Assembly: GCA_002347925.1 (NCBI GenBank)
Contig: DDYL01000108.1
Location: 11,416-44,388 of the forward strand
Reading direction: 5' to 3'
DNA length: 32,973 nucleotides
DNA from: Chloroflexi bacterium UBA2235
GTDB lineage: Bacteria > Chloroflexota > UBA11872 > UBA12225
The position numbers were made by a program, and so were the translations under genes. Positions 1-6,891 of the stretch are shown here, one piece after another. Numbering within the stretch: position 1 is the stretch's first letter; every line of letters starts with the position of its first letter. The notes beneath the pieces were generated by a model that was not told where the DNA came from, did not search any database, and worked only from the letters and a program-made list of their open reading frames with translations.

Positions 1-189
1 GACGCTGGCGCTGCAGTACTGCTGGTCTCGGCGGAACTCGACGAACTCCTTGCGGTGTCTGATCGGATCATGGTGATGTTCCGGGGCAGGATCGTTGGCG
101 AGGTTGAGCCGGCCACTGCCACACGCGAGGAAATAGGGCTCCTGATGGCTGGAGGCGTGTCACGCGAGGTGGAATCGGTGACGCGCTGA
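1..189 (+). CDS. ABC transporter ATP-binding protein, C-terminal fragment (5' end outside window)
   Basis: Frame 1 is open from the window edge to TGA 187-189 and reads [52 protein letters not shown].... The SxELDELxxxxDRIxVMxxGRI tail is typical of sugar/nucleoside-type ABC ATPases. It is absent from the ORF track because there is no start in the window. Confidence 0.6.
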   Translation, partial: DAGAAVLLVSAELDELLAVSDRIMVMFRGRIVGEVEPATATREEIGLLMAGGVSREVESVTR

Positions 190-336
190 CGCTTGGCGTC
201 TAGCGCGAATGGTGCGCACGTACAGGTTTGTCTGACCGACACCAATTCAAGATGGTGCCCTTACAGGGTCTCGAACCGTACACTCGACAGTAAAGGTTGC
301 GTAGATGGCATCGTGGCCCTCAGGAGTGACGAAGAC

Positions 337-1359
337 ATGAAGCGACGATCAATCGTCCGACTGCCCAAGGCACATTTGCATCTTCATCTGGAGGGAAGCG
401 CAAGGCCCTCCACCATCAAGGAGCTTGCCGAACTCGAGGGCATGCCTGATGTTGAACAGACGTTCAGCAATCTTCCGGAGTTCGTGCAGGTGTATGCCAA
501 GGCTGCGGCCGTGATCAAGCGACCTGAATCCCTGAAGCGAATCTGCCGTGAGCTGGTCGAGGATGAGGCTGCCCAAGGTGTCTGGTACACGGAACCGATG
601 GGAGTTCCTCAATATCTTGGCAACCAGCATCCGTTTCGTGGTGCCCAGATTCGCCTCAAGGAATTCGACACCGACGGTGCGTGGGCGATCATGCAGGAAG
701 GCTTTGCTGAGGGAACCCGTGCGACTGGCACCGAAGTTGGGTTGATGATGGGCATCAATCGTGGTTTCGGGGTCGACGGTACTGTGGAAGCGGCGCGGTT
801 CGCTGCGAGGAACAAGGACAACGGGATCGTCGCTTTCGGGATTGCGGGCGACGAACGGATCCCGCCAGAGCCATTTGCGCCTGCATGCCATATTGCACGT
901 GAGGCAGGTCTGCTGGTGGTTCCGCATGCCGGGGAGGCAATGGGTCCGGAGAGTGTCTGGGCTGCGATCAAGTCGACGTTCCCGCACCGCATCGCCCACG
1001 GAGTGCGGGCGGTTGAGGACCCGTTCCTCCTCTCCTACCTGAGCGACCACCAGATCACTTGCGATGTTGCGCCAACCTCTAACCTGCTCTTGGGTGTTGC
1101 CCAGGACATTGAGTTGCACCAGTTGCCAAAGCTGATGGATGCCGGAGTGCCGATCACGCTGAACACCGACGATCAGCTGTTCTTTGGGGCCCTGATCTGC
1201 GACGAATACCGACTGGTGCGGGACACCTTCAACCTGACCGATGGACAGTTGGCCGACTTCGCGCGGGTGAGTGCGCGCGCGTCCGGTGCGCCTGAGCACG
1301 TCAAGCAGCGCATCCTGAAAGGGATTGACGCGTGGCTCGAATCCGAGCCGGACGAATAA
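337..1359 (+). CDS. add: adenosine deaminase
   Basis: ORF 193..1359. ATG at 337 (MKRRSIVRLPKAHLHLHLEGS) follows GGAG at 322-325. Family signatures present: LPKxxLHxHLxG metal-binding motif, VPHAGE, and ITLNTDD near the C-terminus. The upstream 48 codons of the ORF look like non-coding read-through. Confidence 0.9.
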   Translation: MKRRSIVRLPKAHLHLHLEGSARPSTIKELAELEGMPDVEQTFSNLPEFVQVYAKAAAVIKRPESLKRICRELVEDEAAQGVWYTEPMGVPQYLGNQHPFRGAQIRLKEFDTDGAWAIMQEGFAEGTRATGTEVGLMMGINRGFGVDGTVEAARFAARNKDNGIVAFGIAGDERIPPEPFAPACHIAREAGLLVVPHAGEAMGPESVWAAIKSTFPHRIAHGVRAVEDPFLLSYLSDHQITCDVAPTSNLLLGVAQDIELHQLPKLMDAGVPITLNTDDQLFFGALICDEYRLVRDTFNLTDGQLADFARVSARASGAPEHVKQRILKGIDAWLESEPDE

Positions 1360-1444
1360 TCTCTTCGGGCAGCGCGAATCATTTGGCGGACAGGCGACGA
1401 CCGGAACGGCGTGACGTGGGACGTGCGCGATTGGAGGGCGTGGG

Positions 1445-2992
1445 GTGAGATCGGTGTCTTTCCTCCTCAACGGCGAATTCGTTGATCTAGAGGGAACGGA
1501 TCCTCACGTCACCCTTCTTGACCTCGTGCGCGACCGTGGACTGACCGGCACAAAGGAGGGATGCGCGGAGGGTGACTGCGGTGCCTGCACCGTCGTTGTC
1601 CGGGAACCCACCCCATCACCCCATCGCCCCTTGATTGAGACACGCCTGGACCCGCCGCCGCTCCCGGCAAAAGACTCAGAGCGTCCGTCGGTCTACCGGG
1701 CGATCAACGGCTGCCTCGCGTTGGCCGCGCAGTTGCCGGGTACGGAAGTCTGGACGGTCGAAGGTGTCGGTGACACCGGGCACGCGGGTGGCAGGGCGGA
1801 GTCTCAGCTGCACCCGGTCCAGGAGGCAATCGCTACCACTGGCGGTTCGCAATGCGGGTTCTGCACCCCCGGATTCGTGATGACGATGTTCGCGTCGTAT
1901 TACTCACCACTGGTCACGGACGCACAGTCTGTCGACCCAGGTGGCGAAGTTCTCGCGGGGAACTTGTGTCGGTGCACGGGATATCGCGCATTGCGCTCGG
2001 TGGCCGCACTGACGTCTGGTGCCGGCCTCGTTGAGGGTTCGGAGCACGCAGACCGTTTCGCGAGTCGTTTGCATGATCCAGTCCCGGGTGCGGTGCCGGC
2101 CGAATTGGGTTCGGCAGTCGTGGCGTATCGACCATCAACGCTAGCCGAAGCGATTGCCCGCCGCGCCAGTGAACCCGGTCTGCGGGTGATTGCCGGGGCG
2201 ACCGACGTGGGAGTTGAAGTCACCCGCGGGTTCAAAAGGTATCCGGGCATTCTTTCGTTGGACGCCATCACCGACCCAATCTTCTCGAGCTGCTCACGTG
2301 CAGAAGGGACCGTCACGATTGGCGCCGGCGTAACCATGACCGCCCTGGAAGACTTCCTCCGCGATGGCGGGGTGCCATTGGCTGGGCAAATGCTGCCATG
2401 GTTCGCTTCGCGCCAGATCAGGAACCGCGCGACGGTCGGTGGCAATTTGATGACGGCATCGCCGATTGGTGACATGTCTCCAGTCTGGCTCGCACATGAT
2501 GCGGTTGCGTTGATTGGTGGATTGTCGGGAATCCGCGAAGTCAGGGTGGCGGATTTCTTCACGGGCTATCGACAGACGGCGGTCGGTGCGGACGAACTTC
2601 TGGTTGCGCTGCGGATTGACGACAGCGTGGCACCTCCACGTGGGCGGCGCGTCGCGTGGGTGCGGAAGGTTGCCCGCCGGGATCGGGTAGATATTTCGGC
2701 GGTGGCCGGGGCGTTCCTTGTGGTACTCGATGACCGTGGGACGGTCGTTTCGGCGCGCCTTGCGTATGGAGGGGTTGCGGCGACCCCGGTGCGTGCGTTG
2801 GGTGCCGAAGACGCGCTGATCGGAGCGGTGTGGCGCGCCGGTGATGGCGGTGTCAGGGATGCCCGTGCCCTACTGGGATCGGCATTCGCGCCGCTCTCTG
2901 ACCACCGGGGGTCGGCGTCTTATCGGCAGCGCCTCATTACCGGCCTGTTCGATGCATGCCTCTCCGAGACGGGAATTGGAAGCGACCGGTGA
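1445..2992 (+). CDS. xdhA: xanthine dehydrogenase small subunit (2Fe-2S + FAD-binding)
   Basis: GTG 1445 lies 6 nt after GGAGGG (1433-1438). Signatures: CAEGDCGACTV and GGSQCGFCTPGF iron-sulfur motifs, NLCRCTGY, and the FAD-domain motif RNRATVGGNLMTASPIGD. The stop TGA 2990-2992 is followed 1 nt later by the xdhB ATG. Confidence 0.9.
   Translation: MRSVSFLLNGEFVDLEGTDPHVTLLDLVRDRGLTGTKEGCAEGDCGACTVVVREPTPSPHRPLIETRLDPPPLPAKDSERPSVYRAINGCLALAAQLPGTEVWTVEGVGDTGHAGGRAESQLHPVQEAIATTGGSQCGFCTPGFVMTMFASYYSPLVTDAQSVDPGGEVLAGNLCRCTGYRALRSVAALTSGAGLVEGSEHADRFASRLHDPVPGAVPAELGSAVVAYRPSTLAEAIARRASEPGLRVIAGATDVGVEVTRGFKRYPGILSLDAITDPIFSSCSRAEGTVTIGAGVTMTALEDFLRDGGVPLAGQMLPWFASRQIRNRATVGGNLMTASPIGDMSPVWLAHDAVALIGGLSGIREVRVADFFTGYRQTAVGADELLVALRIDDSVAPPRGRRVAWVRKVARRDRVDISAVAGAFLVVLDDRGTVVSARLAYGGVAATPVRALGAEDALIGAVWRAGDGGVRDARALLGSAFAPLSDHRGSASYRQRLITGLFDACLSETGIGSDR
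1607..1638 (+). repeat. copy of C-rich interspersed repeat (form 1), inside xdhA, in frame
   Basis: CCCACCCCAT-CACCCCATCGCCCCTTGATTGA. It shares CACCCCATCGCCCC plus TGATTG with copies at 5452-5473, 7154-7173 and 21004-21025. Confidence 0.7.
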
Positions 2993-2993
2993 G

Positions 2994-5348
2994 ATGCCAG
3001 ACACGGTGACCCGGGTGGTCGGACGACCGACCCCACATGAGAGTGCCCGGCTTCATGTGACCGGACAGGCGCGGTATACCGATGACCTGCCACTTCCTCC
3101 GGGTTCGTTGCACGGATGGCCGGTCACGTCGGCGCACGCGCATGCGCTGATAAGAGTGGTTGACGTCTCCGAAGCAAGCGCCACCCCCGGGGTTGTCACT
3201 GTCCTCACCCGCGAGGATGTGCCGGGAGAGAACAATTCAGGTCCGCTGCGGCATGACGAACCACTCTTCCTTGGTGCCGGGGATGTTGCGACCTATCACG
3301 GACAGCCGGTGGCGTGGGTGCTAGGCACGTCGGTGGATGCGGCTCGACAGGGCGCAAGCCGGGTGGTCGTGACCTACGAGAAACTTGACGCCATCCTTGA
3401 TCCTGCCGATGCGATCAGATTGGGCAGTGTCCACACCGATCCGCAGTGGATCCGTCGCGGGGATGTGGATGCGGTGTTGGCGGGGGCAGGAGAGGCCGGT
3501 CACGCCGTCGTGAGCGGCGAGTTCAGGATGGGTGCGCAGGACCACTTCCCGCTGGAGACCCACGTCTCAGTCGCCCTGACTGATGAGGACGGCCGGATGA
3601 TGGTCCACAGTTCGACGCAGCATCCATCGGAGACGCAGGCGATTGTCGCGCATGCCCTTGGGCTGTCGCTAAACGAGGTGGTGGTGCAGTGCGTCCGTAT
3701 GGGCGGTGGGTTCGGGGGCAAGGAGACTCAGGCAAACGCCTGGGCGGCTGTGGCGGCGATCGGGGCCCGCAAGACCGGGCGGGCGGTGAAGGTGCGCCTG
3801 GACCGGGACCGTCACATGATCCTGACCGGTAAGCGCCATCCGTTCGTCGCACGGTACCGGGTGGTGGTGGGTCGGTCAGGTGACCTTCGCGCGCTTGACC
3901 TGGAGCTCTATGCTGACGGGGGTTGGTCGCTTGACCTGTCCGATGCGGTGCTTGGCCGGGCAATGTTCCATTCCGACAATGGCTACTTCTTCCCCGCGAT
4001 GCGGGTCCGTGGGCAAGTCCTGAAGACCCATAAGACGTCACAGACCGCATTCCGGGGGTTCGGTGGGCCCCAGGGGGTGGCAGTCGCCGAGGAGATCATC
4101 GACTGCGCGGCGCGTGCGATTGGCATGGACCCGCATGACGTCAGGACGCGCAACCTGTATCGCGGGTCGGGCGAGACCAACACCACCCACTATGGGCAGG
4201 AGATTGGTGACAACCGGCTCGTGACCATCTGGGAGGGTGTTCAGGAGTCCGGGGAGTTCATTTCGCGACGCGAGGCAATCAGGACGGCGAATGCCCGGGG
4301 TGGTGGAATTCGGCGGGGCATCGCGGTTACGCCGGTCAAGTTTGGCATCTCGTTCACCACCACGTTCCTGAACCAGGCGGGCGCACTTGTGTTGATCTAC
4401 AGCGATGGAAGCGTCCAAGTGAACCACGGTGGAACGGAGATGGGACAGGGCCTGCAGGTCAAGATGGCGCAAGTGGCGGCGGAGGTTCTGGGTGTGCGCC
4501 TGACATCGATACGGATGATGCCGACGCGCACGGACAAGGTGCCGAACACGTCGGCCACGGCGGCGTCGTCCGGGTCGGACCTGAATGGTGGCGCCGTTCG
4601 CGATGCCTGCCTGACGTTGCGTGGGCGCCTGGCTCCGGTGGCGGCCCAACTCCTGACCGCGCCAGGTGCCCCGGCAGTGCATGTTGACGATGTCGATTTC
4701 GGCGATGGGCAGGTCTGGGTGCGGTCGAGACCGGATCACCGTGTGACCTTTGCAAGCGTCGTTCGGGCCGCTTACCTGGCGCGAGTTGGCCTTTCCTCCA
4801 CCGGGTACTACCGGACACCGGGCATCTGGTTCGACAAGGCGTCAGGACGAGGCAAGCCGTTCCACTACTACGCTTGTGGCGCGGCGATTGCTGAAGTGGA
4901 GGTGGATGGGTTTACCGGTCAGGTGCGTGTCCTGAGGGTGGATATCCTCCATGACGTGGGGTCAAGCCTGAACCCCTTGATTGATGCCGGGCAGGTTGAG
5001 GGAGGCTTCATCCAGGGGATGGGGTGGGTCACGATGGAGGAGGTGGTGTGGGGCAGCGATGGGCGCATGCTAACGCACGCCCCAAGCACGTACAAGATCC
5101 CCGCATCCACGGACGTGCCCGCGGACTGGCGCGTGTCGCTGCTTCCGCGGGCGGCGCAACCCGGTGTGATCTACGGAAGCAAGGCGGTTGGTGAGCCGCC
5201 GTTCATGCTTGGCCTGTCCGTGCGCGAAGCAATCCGGGATGCGGTCGCTTCATTTGCCCCTCGGGGCTCGTATCCGGAACGGGTCGCCTTGGCCCTGCCG
5301 GCGACGGGTGAAGCGATTCTCGACGCGATTGACGCTGTTCGCGGGTAG
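2994..5348 (+). CDS. xdhB: xanthine dehydrogenase molybdopterin-binding large subunit
   Basis: ORF 2841..5348. The ATG at 2994 (MPDTVTRVVGRPTPHESARLHVTGQARYTDD) avoids overlap with xdhA. Signatures: GGGFGGKETQ, GGTEMGQGL, GGFIQGMGW, KAVGEPP. Confidence 0.9.
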   Translation: MPDTVTRVVGRPTPHESARLHVTGQARYTDDLPLPPGSLHGWPVTSAHAHALIRVVDVSEASATPGVVTVLTREDVPGENNSGPLRHDEPLFLGAGDVATYHGQPVAWVLGTSVDAARQGASRVVVTYEKLDAILDPADAIRLGSVHTDPQWIRRGDVDAVLAGAGEAGHAVVSGEFRMGAQDHFPLETHVSVALTDEDGRMMVHSSTQHPSETQAIVAHALGLSLNEVVVQCVRMGGGFGGKETQANAWAAVAAIGARKTGRAVKVRLDRDRHMILTGKRHPFVARYRVVVGRSGDLRALDLELYADGGWSLDLSDAVLGRAMFHSDNGYFFPAMRVRGQVLKTHKTSQTAFRGFGGPQGVAVAEEIIDCAARAIGMDPHDVRTRNLYRGSGETNTTHYGQEIGDNRLVTIWEGVQESGEFISRREAIRTANARGGGIRRGIAVTPVKFGISFTTTFLNQAGALVLIYSDGSVQVNHGGTEMGQGLQVKMAQVAAEVLGVRLTSIRMMPTRTDKVPNTSATAASSGSDLNGGAVRDACLTLRGRLAPVAAQLLTAPGAPAVHVDDVDFGDGQVWVRSRPDHRVTFASVVRAAYLARVGLSSTGYYRTPGIWFDKASGRGKPFHYYACGAAIAEVEVDGFTGQVRVLRVDILHDVGSSLNPLIDAGQVEGGFIQGMGWVTMEEVVWGSDGRMLTHAPSTYKIPASTDVPADWRVSLLPRAAQPGVIYGSKAVGEPPFMLGLSVREAIRDAVASFAPRGSYPERVALALPATGEAILDAIDAVRG

Positions 5349-5402
5349 GTCTGTTGCCCTCTCGAACGGGGTTGTGGGCGCGAACGCTAGTCCCCGCTGG
5401 TC

Positions 5403-5527
5403 CACCCCACCCCACCTGATCGCCTCAGATTGCAAGGCGCTTTGCTTCGCCCACCCCATCGCCCCTGATTGCAGTCAGCTTCTTGGCTCTCCCCATTGGC
5501 TCACTTGGTTCGAATGCGATCCGCATC
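5403..5527. repeat. small tandem array of the C-rich interspersed repeat in the convergent xdhB/GT4 spacer
   Basis: Form 2-like CACCCCACCTGATCGCCTCAGATTGCAA (5408-5435), form 1 CACCCCATCGCCCCTGATTGCA (5452-5473), and degenerate CTCACTTGGTTCGAATGCGAT (5500-5520). Unit spacing is about 45-50 nt. The layout parallels 7154-7218. Confidence 0.7.
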
Positions 5528-5569
5528 TGAACCGTGTCCGCGGGGGCGGTCCCAGGGTGAGCCGTGAAA

Positions 5570-6883
5570 TCAGCGGTCGCGGCGGGCAAGCGCGGCGAGG
5601 TATGCCCGTTCGGCGGCTGGCGCAAGGGTGTCCCAACCGAAGTGATCCCGGGCGCGGTTGCGCGCTTGTTCACCCAGTGACTGACGCAAGTCGGGTTCAG
5701 TGAGGCACCTGATCACGGCTTTCGCCATGGCGTCGGTGTTTCCCGGCGCAACGAGGATCCCGGAGACACTCGGAACGATGTAGTTCGATTGCTCGCCGGT
5801 TGCGTCGGCGATCACGGGAATCCCGAGTCGCAGGAGTTGCAGCAACTTGACCGAACACTTGGCGCGATTGGCGAGGTTGTCGTCGGCGAGAGCAATGGCG
5901 ACGTCTGCAAGTGACAGGAGTTCTGGAAGTGCGTCAGGCCGTTGCCAGCCCGCCAGGTGCACCGCACCGGTCAAGCCTCGCGACCTTGCTTCCGTTGCGA
6001 GATCCCGCTCCTGATTGAACTTGCCGGCCCCGACGACAAGGAGCATGGCGTCGGGAACGTCTTTCCGGATGGTTATCAGGGTTTCGAAGGCTCGGCTGGG
6101 TGAGAACTCGAAGAAGCGCGTATAGAGCAGGACGATTGGCCCCGGCCCGATGCCAAGGCGTGCGCGGATCGGCTCGCTGCCGGGCTTTGAGGCACCGCCG
6201 GGCACGTACTCAGGTCCACCCTGCCCCACCTGATCCGAGTGCGCTTCTCTTGGCCACCAGTTTGGGTAGTCGCGATCGTCCAGTCCGTTCGGGAGGTACT
6301 CGACACTATGGGTGGGTTGGCCGAAACTCCATGCCTGCGCCTGGAGCGTTCGGCTGGCGACGGTGACGGCGTCGGCATTCGCAATGCCCCATCGTTCTTG
6401 CACGTTGACGATTTGTCTCTGCCACCACGGATAGGCTTCGTAGTCGTTCCATCCACCGTCCCCTTCCCAGTCGTCGGTATCTACGACGATTGCCGGTGGG
6501 CGTGCTGGGTAGCCAACCCATTGTCGGCCCCTCAACGCGAGGTGGGTAAGCCCAGTGACCGCCTTTGGCTTGAACAGGTGAACGACGTCGGGGAGACTTG
6601 CGATGGCGGCGCGGGCGGTTTGCAAGGCGAGGATGGGCTGGGCAAGGGCCTGGAGCGGACTTGCCTCGGAGACGCGCCCTGGAACACGCATCGACTGGAT
6701 GCGGACGCCATCGGTGATCTCATCACGCCCACCCTCGGCGGGATTGTCGTAGGGTGGAATGATCACGGTGACGGTGTGCCCACGCGACGCAAGTGCGCGC
6801 GCAAGCGGGATGGTGCGGGCACTGGATGTTGCCTTCGGTTGACGGGCGAACGGCGCCACCAACGTCACACGCAGTCGCGGCAT
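5570..6883 (-). CDS. glycosyltransferase family 4 (GT-B fold)
   Basis: ORF 5570..6895. The N-terminus (M)PRLRVTLVAPFARQPKATSSARTIPLARALASRGHTVTVI and the C-terminal half RARLGIGPGPIVLLYTRF...VVGAGK...GIPVIA are typical of GT4. The start is either ATG 6883 or GTG 6895; the latter overlaps the upstream stop as GTGA. Confidence 0.8.
   Translation of the reverse strand: MPRLRVTLVAPFARQPKATSSARTIPLARALASRGHTVTVIIPPYDNPAEGGRDEITDGVRIQSMRVPGRVSEASPLQALAQPILALQTARAAIASLPDVVHLFKPKAVTGLTHLALRGRQWVGYPARPPAIVVDTDDWEGDGGWNDYEAYPWWQRQIVNVQERWGIANADAVTVASRTLQAQAWSFGQPTHSVEYLPNGLDDRDYPNWWPREAHSDQVGQGGPEYVPGGASKPGSEPIRARLGIGPGPIVLLYTRFFEFSPSRAFETLITIRKDVPDAMLLVVGAGKFNQERDLATEARSRGLTGAVHLAGWQRPDALPELLSLADVAIALADDNLANRAKCSVKLLQLLRLGIPVIADATGEQSNYIVPSVSGILVAPGNTDAMAKAVIRCLTEPDLRQSLGEQARNRARDHFGWDTLAPAAERAYLAALARRDR
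6224..6246 (+). repeat. copy of C-rich interspersed repeat (form 2), inside the GT4 gene (antisense to coding strand)
   Basis: CCCCACCTGATCCGAGTGCGCTT versus 7196-7218 CCCCACCTGATTCGACTGCGTT: 11 nt exact, then 9 of the next 12 positions match. Confidence 0.55.
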
Positions 6884-6891
6884 GGTCCGGG

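Noticed and set aside
253-330. Complete tRNA gene on the minus strand
   Set aside because: Only the T-arm, acceptor 3' strand and CCA are recognisable. There is no complementary 5' acceptor strand, D arm or anticodon stem. It is reported only as a fragment.
349-1470. 373-aa ORF on the minus strand covering the whole add gene
   Set aside because: It is the exact antisense shadow of a gene with clear adenosine deaminase motifs. It is Arg/Pro/Gly-rich with no family resemblance. Long stop-free antisense frames are expected in GC-rich DNA.
2841-2993. Upstream extension of the xdhB ORF overlapping the xdhA 3' end by about 150 nt
   Set aside because: The extension is Arg/Ser-rich with no homology-like features. 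ATG 2994 lies immediately after the xdhA stop and begins the conserved N-terminus.
3523-4739. 175-aa and 233-aa minus-strand ORFs (3523..4050, 4038..4739) inside xdhB, plus similar ones in xdhA (1900..2562), the SBP gene (16068..16655) and the TIM/SDR region (18827..19471)
   Set aside because: All are antisense to genes with strong family signatures. Their compositions are dominated by Arg, Pro and Gly, as expected for wrong-frame translation of GC-rich coding DNA.
5403-5527. Possible miniature CRISPR array
   Set aside because: The units are imperfect and of two sequence forms, spacing is irregular, there are only about three units, and no cas genes or leader are present. The same units occur singly inside genes.
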